Both the position numbers and the translations under genes were made by a program. From NCBI GenBank assembly GCA_017882335.1, contig JADGPR010000006.1, forward strand, positions 5,419 to 69,418: a DNA stretch of 64,000 bases, read 5' to 3'. The notes under the pieces were generated by a model, which searched no databases, was not told the origin of the DNA, and was given only the letters and a program-made list of their open reading frames with translations. The stretch comes from Bacteroidales bacterium (lineage in GTDB: Bacteria; Bacteroidota; Bacteroidia; Bacteroidales; FEN-979). Each line of letters opens with the position of its first letter. Position 1 is the first letter of the stretch. Positions 35,617 to 44,920 of this stretch are shown here, piece by piece.

Positions 35617-36951
35617 TTACTCATTCTCTTCCTCGAACCATTTCTGAATTTTCTCAATAAATGAGTCGGTGAATTTCCGCCCTGACTTATCGGGATCCTT
35701 TGGTTTCTTCTCTTTGACCTTCTTTGTTTTCGTCACTTTTTCCTCGGGTTCCGGAATCTCCTCGGCAACGGCAGGTTTCATTCTTTCTTTTTCCTTTTCA
35801 TACCGGTCGATCCCGACAATGACGAGGCCGATTCCGGTTGCATACATCGGACTGGCCATCTCCTCTGGAACGTCGTTGGCAAGGTGTTCATTGGGATAAC
35901 CGATACGTGTATCCAAGCCGGTCTTAAATTCTGTCAGCTGTGCGATATGCTTCATTTGTGCACCGCCACCTGTCAGCACAATCCCTCCGATAAGCTTCTT
36001 CTCATAACCCGAGTTCTTGATCTCAAAATAGATGTATTCAATGATTTCTTCCATTCTTGCCTGGATGATGTTTGCCAGGTTGCGGATGCTGATCTCCTTC
36101 GGGGAGCGGCCTCTTAACCCGGGGATTGCCACAATCTCTTCTTCCCGGTTTTCACTTGCCAGTGCAGAGCCGAATTTGACTTTCAATTCCTCTGCATGTT
36201 TCTTTATTATCGAACACCCTTCTTTTACATCTTCGGTGATAATATCTCCACCAAGGGGAATCACAGCCGTATGCCGGATGATGCCTTCATGAAAGATGGC
36301 TATGTCCGAAGTTCCTCCGCCAATATCGACAAGAACGACACCTGCTTCTTTTTCTTCTTCACTCAAAACAGCCTCGGCCGAAGCAATGGGTTCAAGGATC
36401 AGGTCAACCACATCGAGTCCGGCTTTCCTTACACATTTATAGATATTCTTGGCAGCAGCCGTTTGTCCTACAATAATGTGAAAATTAGCTTCGAGCGAAC
36501 TGCCCATCATCCCCTTGGGCGACTTGACAACATGCTCACCGTCGAGGCTGAATTGCTGTGGAATAACCTCGATGATCTCCTCACCCGGGTTCATATTCAG
36601 GTTATACATGCTATTGACGAGGGTCTCGATCTCTTCCTGGCTGATCTCCGTTTCGCTGTCCTTGCGGATGGTACTGCCATGATGCTGAAGGCTCTTGATA
36701 TGCTGGCCGGCAATTCCGACATTCACATACCGGATATCGACACCCGATTTCTGCGAAGCTTCCTTGATGGCATCCTTGATCGATTGCACCGTGTTTTCAA
36801 TGTTGGAAACAACGCCTCTTTTTACTCCGATCGACGGAACCTTGCCATGGCCAAGAATTTCGATCTTCCCAAATTCATTTTTATGTCCGACAATGACTGC
36901 AATCTTCGTCGTGCCAATATCTAATCCTACAATGATCTCTGATGTTTTCAT
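35617..36951 (-). CDS. ftsA: cell division protein FtsA
   Basis: Motifs GLDIGTTKI, DIGGGTSDIAIF, LTGGGAQ. Confidence 0.95.
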   Translation of the reverse strand: MKTSEIIVGLDIGTTKIAVIVGHKNEFGKIEILGHGKVPSIGVKRGVVSNIENTVQSIKDAIKEASQKSGVDIRYVNVGIAGQHIKSLQHHGSTIRKDSETEISQEEIETLVNSMYNLNMNPGEEIIEVIPQQFSLDGEHVVKSPKGMMGSSLEANFHIIVGQTAAAKNIYKCVRKAGLDVVDLILEPIASAEAVLSEEEKEAGVVLVDIGGGTSDIAIFHEGIIRHTAVIPLGGDIITEDVKEGCSIIKKHAEELKVKFGSALASENREEEIVAIPGLRGRSPKEISIRNLANIIQARMEEIIEYIYFEIKNSGYEKKLIGGIVLTGGGAQMKHIAQLTEFKTGLDTRIGYPNEHLANDVPEEMASPMYATGIGLVIVGIDRYEKEKERMKPAVAEEIPEPEEKVTKTKKVKEKKPKDPDKSGRKFTDSFIEKIQKWFEEENE

Positions 36952-36958
36952 ATTCTAC

Positions 36959-37762
36959 TTAAATTTTTGAACAAACAACCTGATTTTTAAATTTTATATT
37001 GATGATATTGTATCTGGTCCATCCGGTTTTACTCAATCCCATCCTGTAAAAGACAAACAAACGTTCGAATTTATCTTCCAGGTTATCTGCTCTTCCCATC
37101 AGGATGATATGGGTTCCTACCCTGGGGATCAGCTCGAATTCACCGTTTGGATCAACATAGATTTGCTCGATCTGGGCTTTCAGAAATTTATCTTTGGTAA
37201 TAAAGGCAGATAACTTGTAAAGATTGTTCATCACCGAGTGGCATTCCATCGAATCTTTCTTTCGTACCGAATCGGTAAGGTAACAAACCTTCTTCGAGAA
37301 AGGTTCCAGGATGGATCCTGTGGCTACAAGCACACGGGCCGAGAAAGCAGGATTCAGGGGCATCAGATTCCCCAGGCCGTCAAGGTAAAAACTCTCTCCC
37401 TTTTCATTAAAGATACGGAGGATGGGTTGGCGCTGAACAACGTCGATTTCAACTACTCCATCAAGTGTCATGTAAGCCTCCGCATCGGCCACATATGATT
37501 GACGCTTTATATCACGCTCGATCCGCTCGAAATCGATAGAACCCAGGTGTTGACCTTTCAGTAGGTTCCCGGTTGCTTTTACAACCGTATAAATATCTCC
37601 TTCCGTAACCAGCACATCCGCCTTGCCGTAATCGACGCGAATGATGTATTTTTTACAAACTTCGTTGTTGTGCTCGATGGCGGTAAATCCAAGAAGTGCA
37701 AACAGGCCGCCTGTCATAAGCACCCATGCTGCAATTTCAAGGATCTTCAGAAATTTCTTCAT
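36959..37762 (-). CDS. ftsQ: cell division protein FtsQ-like (POTRA-containing)
   Basis: An N-terminal transmembrane span, position between murC and ftsA, 267 aa. Confidence 0.75.
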   Translation of the reverse strand: MKKFLKILEIAAWVLMTGGLFALLGFTAIEHNNEVCKKYIIRVDYGKADVLVTEGDIYTVVKATGNLLKGQHLGSIDFERIERDIKRQSYVADAEAYMTLDGVVEIDVVQRQPILRIFNEKGESFYLDGLGNLMPLNPAFSARVLVATGSILEPFSKKVCYLTDSVRKKDSMECHSVMNNLYKLSAFITKDKFLKAQIEQIYVDPNGEFELIPRVGTHIILMGRADNLEDKFERLFVFYRMGLSKTGWTRYNIINIKFKNQVVCSKI

Positions 37763-37771
37763 TTTCTTTTG

Positions 37772-39157
37772 TCACATATTCGTAAATAACTCCCGTATCG
37801 GTTTTACAAGTTGGTCAATATCGCCTGCACCCAATGTTAACAGGACTTCCGGTTTACTTGATCTCAGTTCGCCCGTAAGATCGGTTTTACTACATATCTT
37901 TTTGTTTTGCAGTTGCACTTTTCCCAGCAGCATTGCCGAATCAATCCCTGCTACCGGGTTTTCCCTTGCAGGGTAGATCTCAAGAAGGATCAGTTCATCC
38001 AGTAATTCCAGGCTGCGTGCAAATGCATCTGCAAAATCACGCGTGCGTGTGAAAAGATGCGGCTGGAAGATCCCGGTTATCTTTTTGGAGGGATAGATCT
38101 CCCTGACAGCACGGATACAGGCCTTTAACTCTTGCGGGTGATGGGCATAATCGTCAATGTAAACAAAATCATCTTGGATCACCTGGAAATCAAAACGGCG
38201 CTCAACACCCTCAAAGGTCAGCAACGACTGTGCAATAACCTCATCCGGTATTCCGACTGTATAAGCAACTGCGGCGGCGGCTATGGCATTTTCAAGATTG
38301 AATTTCCCAGGTAAGCCGAGTGTAATATTCCGGATCGTTCTTGCGGGTGTGACAAGATCAAAAATAAAACGGCTGTTCTCCAGCCGGATATTCTCCGGAT
38401 AAAAATCTGCATCTCCTTCGAGGTGATAGGTCTGTATGGTATAGTTGTCAGCTTCTTCCGGTACGATATCTACGCCTTTTTTCAGGATCAGTGTTCCGTT
38501 TTTTTGAAGGTTGGATGTGAATTCACCGAAGGAGAGCCTGACTTCATCAATATTACCATAGATGTCGAGATGATCCGCATCGGCAGAAGTGATAACCGCA
38601 ATATCCGGGTAAAGCCGGAGAAACGAACGGTCAAACTCATCGGCCTCAACAATATAATATACTGGTGAACTGATAGACTGGTTAGCGGACAGGCCGGAGG
38701 TGATGAAGTTTGAGTGGTAATTTTTAGAAATTCCTCCGAGAAATGCTATGCTGTCTATTCCTGCAGTTTTTAGCAGGTGGGCAACCAGTGTCGTGATGGT
38801 GGTTTTTCCATGGGTTCCGGCAATGGCAATGGTCTTTGCATTGCGGGTGATCATCTCAAGGACTTCAGATCGTTTTTTCAGGGGAAGTCCTTTTGCAATC
38901 ACGAATTGAAGCTCATTATTGTCTTTTGGAAGGGCAGGCGTATAAACTACAAGATCTGGATGATCCGGAACAAGTTCCGGGTTATCATCAAAATGAACAG
39001 AGATTCCTTCTTCGATAAGTTGATGGGTCAAGGTCGTTGGCGTTTTATCATACCCCAAAACCATCACACCGTACCGGTGGAAATAACGGGCCAGGGCACT
39101 CATACCGATTCCTCCGATGCCCAGGAAATATACCGACCTATACTGATGAATTTCCAT
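37772..39157 (-). CDS. murC: UDP-N-acetylmuramate--L-alanine ligase
   Basis: Motifs FLGIGGIGMSALA and IAGTHGKTTITTL. Confidence 0.95.
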   Translation of the reverse strand: MEIHQYRSVYFLGIGGIGMSALARYFHRYGVMVLGYDKTPTTLTHQLIEEGISVHFDDNPELVPDHPDLVVYTPALPKDNNELQFVIAKGLPLKKRSEVLEMITRNAKTIAIAGTHGKTTITTLVAHLLKTAGIDSIAFLGGISKNYHSNFITSGLSANQSISSPVYYIVEADEFDRSFLRLYPDIAVITSADADHLDIYGNIDEVRLSFGEFTSNLQKNGTLILKKGVDIVPEEADNYTIQTYHLEGDADFYPENIRLENSRFIFDLVTPARTIRNITLGLPGKFNLENAIAAAAVAYTVGIPDEVIAQSLLTFEGVERRFDFQVIQDDFVYIDDYAHHPQELKACIRAVREIYPSKKITGIFQPHLFTRTRDFADAFARSLELLDELILLEIYPARENPVAGIDSAMLLGKVQLQNKKICSKTDLTGELRSSKPEVLLTLGAGDIDQLVKPIRELFTNM

Positions 39158-39165
39158 CCTGTTCT

Positions 39166-40269
39166 TTATTCTTTTTTTCTGATAAGTTTCATGGTTTCTT
39201 TCGCGATCTTGCTGGCAGACTCCGGAAGAGCCATGGTTTTAATATGTTTACTTAAATCATTTTGTAACCCGTTGTCAGCAGCCAGGCTTTTCACAAGGCC
39301 GAAAAGTTTCTCTACAGCATCCTGGTCCTTTAGCATCAATGCTGCCGACTTTCTTTTCAGCGCCTCAGCATTTTTCGTTTGATGATCTTCGGCAACATTG
39401 GGGGAAGGGATGAGGATGACCGGTTTTCCGATAATACACAATTCCGATATGGCAATCGCACCTGCACGGGATATAATGATATCTGCTGCCGTATAGGCCA
39501 GGTCCATCCGGTCGATGAATGGATGTACATGAACATCTTCCCTGTTCAGGATTTTCTGGTTGGATTTGATGGAGTTATAATGATACTTCCCTGTTTGCCA
39601 CAACAATTGAAAATTATCTTGTTCATCCTGGTGGTACAGATAGTGTAAAACGCTTTTGTTAATTGTTCCGGCACCAAGGCTGCCCCCGATGATCAAAACC
39701 ACTTTCTTTTCCTTATTCAGTTGAAAATGTTCCAGTGCCTCGGTATTATTTCCCGGCGTGATAATATCCTGGCGTACCGGGTTCCCGGTTAGGATGATCT
39801 TCCCGGCTGGGAAAAACCGCTCCATGCCTTCATAGGCAACACAAATCTTATCGACTTTTCCACCCAGCAACTTATTTGTTATTCCGGGATAGGAATTCTG
39901 TTCCTGGATCAATGCCGGTATTTTTCTTCTCACTGCTATTCGCAGGGTAGGACCGCTTGCATAACCGCCAACGCCAATCACCACATCGGGTTTGAATTTC
40001 GCAAGGATCCGGTCAGCCATTACTAAACTGGAGATGACTTTAAATGGAAAACTCAGGTTTTTCCAGGTAACCCGGCGCTGGAGGCCGCTGATCCATAAAC
40101 CCTGGATCTTGTATCCTGCAGCAGGCACTTTTTCCATCTCCATTCTGCCCTTTGCTCCGATGAAAAGGATCTCTATGTTTGGCTCAATCGCTTTGAGGGC
40201 ATTGGCAATAGCAATGGCAGGAAAGATATGTCCTCCTGTTCCTCCTCCGCTGATAATGATCCGGGTCAT
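39166..40269 (-). CDS. murG: undecaprenyldiphospho-muramoylpentapeptide beta-N-acetylglucosaminyltransferase
   Basis: SGGGTGGHIFPAIAIA, 367 aa. Confidence 0.95.
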   Translation of the reverse strand: MTRIIISGGGTGGHIFPAIAIANALKAIEPNIEILFIGAKGRMEMEKVPAAGYKIQGLWISGLQRRVTWKNLSFPFKVISSLVMADRILAKFKPDVVIGVGGYASGPTLRIAVRRKIPALIQEQNSYPGITNKLLGGKVDKICVAYEGMERFFPAGKIILTGNPVRQDIITPGNNTEALEHFQLNKEKKVVLIIGGSLGAGTINKSVLHYLYHQDEQDNFQLLWQTGKYHYNSIKSNQKILNREDVHVHPFIDRMDLAYTAADIIISRAGAIAISELCIIGKPVILIPSPNVAEDHQTKNAEALKRKSAALMLKDQDAVEKLFGLVKSLAADNGLQNDLSKHIKTMALPESASKIAKETMKLIRKKE

Positions 40270-40287
40270 ACTTTTCAGAATTATTTT

Positions 40288-41484
40288 TTAGCTGGTTGCA
40301 GGAACAAGGTTCCCTTCACTCAGAATTTCAACTTCCGTTCCATCCTTGGTTTCAATATCAATTCTCCTGCTCACACTCAAAATGATCCCGATAGAAATAC
40401 AGGTAAACCATATCGAAGTGCCTCCCATACTGATCAGTGGCAATGTTTGTCCCGTAACCGGGAACAGATGAACAGCCACTGCCATGTTGATCATGGCTTG
40501 GAATACCAGGCTGAAACCGATCCCGATCGCAAGAAAAGCCCCGAAATTTCCCTGGCATTTCGTAGTAATCCTTACAACACGGAAAAAGAGGATACAGTAC
40601 AAGAGCACCACGAATCCTCCTCCCACAATACCATATTCCTCCACGATGATGGCAAATATGAAATCAGAATAGGGGTGAGGCAGAAAATTCCGTTGTGTGC
40701 TTTTTCCCGGCGATTTCCCCAGTATTCCGCCTGAAACAATGGCAATCTTAGCTTGCTCTACCTGGTAATTCGCATCTTCATCGCCTTTTTCTTTATTCAG
40801 GAAATGATCCACACGGTTGATCCAGGTTCCGCCACGGGGGAAAAGATTGGGTGCAGCTTTTGCCAGAGTGAAGATCAGCACAACGGCAACGATACCCAAT
40901 CCTACCAGTGAAAAAATATATTTCAGCGAGATCCTTCCGATAAACATCAGCACCATGCTGGTTACAAATAAAATTGCTGCCGTGGAAAAATTGGCAGGAA
41001 GGATCAATGTACAAATGAAGATGGCGGGAATAATAACTGGTAAAAATCCCGACTTGAAATGCTTGATCTCCTCCTGTTTTTTGCTGAGCACCCGTGCCAG
41101 GTACATGATCAGGAAAAGCTTGGCTACATCAGAACTCTGAAAAGTAAGATTGATGATGGGTACCGTGAGCCAGCGGTTTGCTTCGTTGAGGTTGGTTCCT
41201 GATAATAGTGTGATGAACAATAAAGGGATGGTTAAGATCAGGCCGATCTGGGAGATTCTTGAAAAATATGTGTATTTGACAAGGTGTGTCGCATACATCA
41301 GCAGGATCCCGAAAACCAGGATTGCAAAATGTTTGAAAAGGTAATATTCGGTGTTCCCTCCCTGCTTCTTATAAGCCAGCGTTCCCGTTGAACTATAAAC
41401 CGCAAGTAAGGAAAAAATGCAAAGGATGGTCACAACGACCCAAATCACTACATCTCCTTTTGCATTCCTGAAATATTTGTTCAT
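40288..41484 (-). CDS. ftsW: SEDS-family peptidoglycan polymerase FtsW
   Basis: About 10 transmembrane spans and LPLISMGGTS. Confidence 0.9.
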   Translation of the reverse strand: MNKYFRNAKGDVVIWVVVTILCIFSLLAVYSSTGTLAYKKQGGNTEYYLFKHFAILVFGILLMYATHLVKYTYFSRISQIGLILTIPLLFITLLSGTNLNEANRWLTVPIINLTFQSSDVAKLFLIMYLARVLSKKQEEIKHFKSGFLPVIIPAIFICTLILPANFSTAAILFVTSMVLMFIGRISLKYIFSLVGLGIVAVVLIFTLAKAAPNLFPRGGTWINRVDHFLNKEKGDEDANYQVEQAKIAIVSGGILGKSPGKSTQRNFLPHPYSDFIFAIIVEEYGIVGGGFVVLLYCILFFRVVRITTKCQGNFGAFLAIGIGFSLVFQAMINMAVAVHLFPVTGQTLPLISMGGTSIWFTCISIGIILSVSRRIDIETKDGTEVEILSEGNLVPATS

Positions 41485-41495
41485 GACTTTGAAGA

Positions 41496-42044
41496 TTAAA
41501 GTTGTTTCACTGCTTTTTTGAAGGCGATTCCACGTTCTTCATAGTCTTTAAAGAGATCAAAGCTGGCACATCCCGGAGAGAGTAGGACAACATCCCCAAT
41601 CACTCCTGCAAAATAGGCCAACTCCACGGCTTCGTCCATCGTCGATGCATCCGTTAACGGGATTTCAAGGTCCGACATCGAAGAAATGAAATAAGTGCTG
41701 TCCATCCCAAGAAAAATGATCGACTTGACCTTGGCCTTGATCAAAAGTTTAAGTTGGGTATAATCGATGCCTGAATCCATGCCCCCGGCGATCCAGATGA
41801 CCGGTTTGGACATGCTTTCCAGTGTGAACCAGGTCGAATTGATATTTGTGGACCTGGAATCATTGATGAACTCGATCCCATGAACATTTGCAACGGATTC
41901 CATCCTATGCTCCATGTCCTGGAAATCACAAAAACATTCCCTGATGAAATTACTCCTGACTTCCTTAATGCGGGCTGTTATGGATGCAGCCATAGAACTA
42001 TGCACCCCGGGATGTCCTTGTAAAGCCAATGTTTCTAATGTCAT
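41496..42044 (-). pseudogene. murD: murD 3' remnant: only the C-terminal third of UDP-N-acetylmuramoylalanine--D-glutamate ligase
   Basis: The 182-aa ORF covers the Mur-ligase C-terminal domain (..HGIEFINDS.STN...T...L.....PVIWIAGG.D.G.DY..L......K...II.LG........VLLSPGCASFDLFKDYEERG..F). Only 38 nt separate it from the mraY stop at 42083. There is no N-terminal Rossmann domain or GxxGKT domain in any frame. Confidence 0.75.
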
Positions 42045-42082
42045 GTTTTCAGTTTTATAGAGTTCGTCTTTGAATGACTGTT

Positions 42083-43336
42083 TTACCTCAATTTCAATGT
42101 TACAATGGTCAGCACTGCCAGCATGATCCCGATAATGAAAAAGCGGATCACAATTTTTGATTCATGGTATCCTTTGACCTGGAAATGATGGTGCAGCGGC
42201 GACATCAGGAATATCCTGCGGCCGGCCCCGAACCTGCGTTTCGTATATTTAAAGTACCCTACCTGCATAACCACCGAAAGGTTCTCAATGAGAAAGATCC
42301 CACAGAAAATCGGGATCATGATCTCTTTTCGGATCAGGATGGCAAATACAGCGATAATGCCGCCCAGCGCCAGGCTGCCGGTATCTCCCATAAAAACCTG
42401 GGCAGGATATGAGTTGTACCAGAGAAACCCGATACAGGCCCCGACGAATGCGCTGATATAGATTGCCAGCTCGCCGGTATTCGGAATGTACATGATGTTC
42501 AGGTAATTTGCGAAGATGATGTTGCCGGAGACATAAGCCAGGATTCCCAGCGTAAGTCCGATGATTGCCGAACTCCCGGTCGCAAGCCCGTCCAACCCGT
42601 CGGTCAGGTTTGCACCATTTGATACAGCAATAATGATGAAGATGATGATGGGTATGAATATTAAGAATGTCCAATTTTTATAATTCTTCCCGATCCAGGA
42701 GATCAAAACAGAATAATCAAATTCATTGTTTTTCAGGAAAGGGATGGTAGTCTTCGTGGATTTTGTTGGAATATTCGTGTACATCTTTGCACGGTCTGAA
42801 TTACCTTCCACATTGAAAATCTCGGAGGAGGGAACAAAGGCCTGCCTGGTTGTCTTCTCACGGATTACGATGTCCTTGCTGAAAAACATGGTGGTTCCGA
42901 CAATCAGGCCCAACCCGATCTGTCCCATGATTTTGAATTTTCCTGCAAGACCTTTTTTATCCTTGCGGAATACTTTGATGTAATCATCCATGAATCCGAT
43001 GGTTCCCAACCAGACCGTTGAAACGAGGATCAGAAAGATATAGATGTTATGAAGTTTTGCCAGGAGAAGGGTAGGGACAAGGATAGCTGCAAGGATGATA
43101 AGCCCACCCATCGTAGGTGTTCCCTGTTTGGCCGTTTGTCCTTCCAGACCGAGATCCCGGATGGTTTCACCTACCTGTTTTCTCCGCAGGTAACCGATCA
43201 GCCTTTTTCCAATGATCATTGAAATGAAGAGCGATGTAATAAGCGCCAGTGCTGCCCTGAACGAGATGTATTGGAATACACCTGCTCCTGGGAAATCAAA
43301 GGCTTCGTGCAGCCAGATGAATAAATAATACAGCAT
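42083..43336 (-). CDS. mraY: phospho-N-acetylmuramoyl-pentapeptide transferase
   Basis: Motifs [28 protein letters not shown]. 417 aa. Confidence 0.95.
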   Translation of the reverse strand: MLYYLFIWLHEAFDFPGAGVFQYISFRAALALITSLFISMIIGKRLIGYLRRKQVGETIRDLGLEGQTAKQGTPTMGGLIILAAILVPTLLLAKLHNIYIFLILVSTVWLGTIGFMDDYIKVFRKDKKGLAGKFKIMGQIGLGLIVGTTMFFSKDIVIREKTTRQAFVPSSEIFNVEGNSDRAKMYTNIPTKSTKTTIPFLKNNEFDYSVLISWIGKNYKNWTFLIFIPIIIFIIIAVSNGANLTDGLDGLATGSSAIIGLTLGILAYVSGNIIFANYLNIMYIPNTGELAIYISAFVGACIGFLWYNSYPAQVFMGDTGSLALGGIIAVFAILIRKEIMIPIFCGIFLIENLSVVMQVGYFKYTKRRFGAGRRIFLMSPLHHHFQVKGYHESKIVIRFFIIGIMLAVLTIVTLKLR

Positions 43337-43353
43337 AATCTTTTTATTATGAG

Positions 43354-44817
43354 TTATTCTACTCCCACTCCCAATACTTCATTCAAAACTATTTTATCGT
43401 CAAAAGGATACTTAACTCCTTTTATTTCCTGGTATGTTTCGTGCCCTTTGCCGGCTACCAGGATGATATCTCCCGGTTTCGCAAGGGCACAGGCCGTTTT
43501 GATCGCCTCTTTGCGGTTTACGATCACCAGTACCTTGTTGGCAAACTGCGGCTCTATCCCTTTCTTCATATCATCCAGAATGGCTTCAGGCTCTTCAAAA
43601 CGGGGATTGTCGGACGTAAGGATAACCCTGTCGCTGAGGTTGCATGCTATTTTAGCCATCATAGGCCGTTTGGCAGCATCGCGATTCCCACCTGCTCCAA
43701 CAACCGTGATGATCTTTTCCTTGTGGGTACGGATCGATTGGATTGTTCCCAGGACATTTTGCAAAGCATCAGGAGTATGCGCATAATCCACAATGGCTGT
43801 GATCGCATTCGGTGTCCGGATATAATTGAACCGCCCGTCAACAGGCTCACAAAGGCTAAGCTGGGTTAATACATTTTGCCGCTCCTCTCCGAGAAGGACT
43901 GCCGTGGCATATACTGCCAACAGGTTATAGGCATTGAAGTTCCCGATCAGCCGGAACCAGCAATCTGTTCCATCCATAGAGAGATGCAAACCCTGGAATT
44001 GGTTCTCGAGGATCCTGCAATGGAAGTCAGCCATGGATTGCATGCTGTAGGTGGAAACAGTCGCATTTGTATTCTGTACCATCATCCTCCCATTCCTGTC
44101 ATCCTTGTTAATAAGTGCAAATGCGCTACCGGGCAGGTCGTCAAAAAAGGTTTTCTTGGCCTTAAGATAGGCATCAAAAGTTTTATGATAATCCAGGTGA
44201 TCGTGTGTCAGATTAGTAAAAATGGCTCCCCTGAAAGTAAGACCGGCAACCCGGCGCTGAACCACTGCATGTGAACTTACTTCCATGAAACAATGGGTGC
44301 ACCCTTCCTCAACCATCTGTGCCAGCAATTCATTCAGCTGAACAGGATCGGGAGTCGTATGGGTTGTCGCAAGGTTCCGTTCCCGGATCTTATTCTGTAT
44401 GGTGGAAATCAACCCGGCTTTGTGACCCAGTTTTTGAAAAAGCTGGTGCAAAAGAGTAACCGTTGTCGTTTTTCCATTAGTGCCGGTAACTCCCACCAAG
44501 TTCAGTAAGGATGAGGGATTCCCAAAAAAATTTGAAGCGATTACAGCCTTGGCATAGCTGCTGTCATCTACGAGGATATAAGTGACTTGCCTTTCCGGGT
44601 TTTTCGGAATTTTTTCACATACCACTGCAACGGCTCCTGACCTTACAGCATCGGGAATAAATTGATGTCCATCAGAGGCGGTCCCCTTTACAGCAAAGTA
44701 GAGACAACCGCGGTCGACTGTCCGGGAATCGAATTTCAGCGAATGAATTTCAATATCCACTGACCCAAATATCTCCTTCACTCCCGCCTTTTCCAGTATA
44801 TCTCCTAACCTCTTCAT
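43354..44817 (-). CDS. murE: UDP-N-acetylmuramoyl-L-alanyl-D-glutamate--2,6-diaminopimelate ligase
   Basis: Motifs [21 protein letters not shown], and a DNPR-type motif (TSDNPRFE). Confidence 0.95.
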   Translation of the reverse strand: MKRLGDILEKAGVKEIFGSVDIEIHSLKFDSRTVDRGCLYFAVKGTASDGHQFIPDAVRSGAVAVVCEKIPKNPERQVTYILVDDSSYAKAVIASNFFGNPSSLLNLVGVTGTNGKTTTVTLLHQLFQKLGHKAGLISTIQNKIRERNLATTHTTPDPVQLNELLAQMVEEGCTHCFMEVSSHAVVQRRVAGLTFRGAIFTNLTHDHLDYHKTFDAYLKAKKTFFDDLPGSAFALINKDDRNGRMMVQNTNATVSTYSMQSMADFHCRILENQFQGLHLSMDGTDCWFRLIGNFNAYNLLAVYATAVLLGEERQNVLTQLSLCEPVDGRFNYIRTPNAITAIVDYAHTPDALQNVLGTIQSIRTHKEKIITVVGAGGNRDAAKRPMMAKIACNLSDRVILTSDNPRFEEPEAILDDMKKGIEPQFANKVLVIVNRKEAIKTACALAKPGDIILVAGKGHETYQEIKGVKYPFDDKIVLNEVLGVGVE

Positions 44818-44820
44818 GAT

Positions 44821-44918
44821 CTCTGTTCTCTGTTCTCTATTCTATATTTGTTATTCGCTGTTCGCTGTTCGCTATTCGCTTTCGCTTCTCACTCTTCACC
44901 CTTCACCCTTCACCCTTC
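44821..44918. repeat. 98-bp tract of 14 in-phase heptamers filling the ftsI-murE spacer
   Basis: (CTCTGTT)2 CTCTATT CTATATT TGTTATT (CGCTGTT)2 CGCTATT CGCTTTC GCTTCTC ACTCTTC (ACCCTTC)3. The tract is pyrimidine-rich on the plus strand, so it is purine-rich in the dcw mRNA. Confidence 0.9.
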
Positions 44919-44920
44919 AC

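Noticed and set aside
34059-36924. Several long plus-strand ORFs (34059-34649, 35020-35565, 36196-36924) opposite ftsZ and ftsA
   Set aside because: They are shadow ORFs antisense to genes with unambiguous FtsZ and FtsA motifs. They have Pro/Arg/Phe-rich low-information sequence and no starts with promoter context.
44821-44918. Possibility that the short tandem arrays (also at 13606, 25668, 32846, 59040) are CRISPR arrays
   Set aside because: The units are 7-8 nt with no unique spacers, and no cas genes are present. They are microsatellite-type tandem repeats, not CRISPRs.
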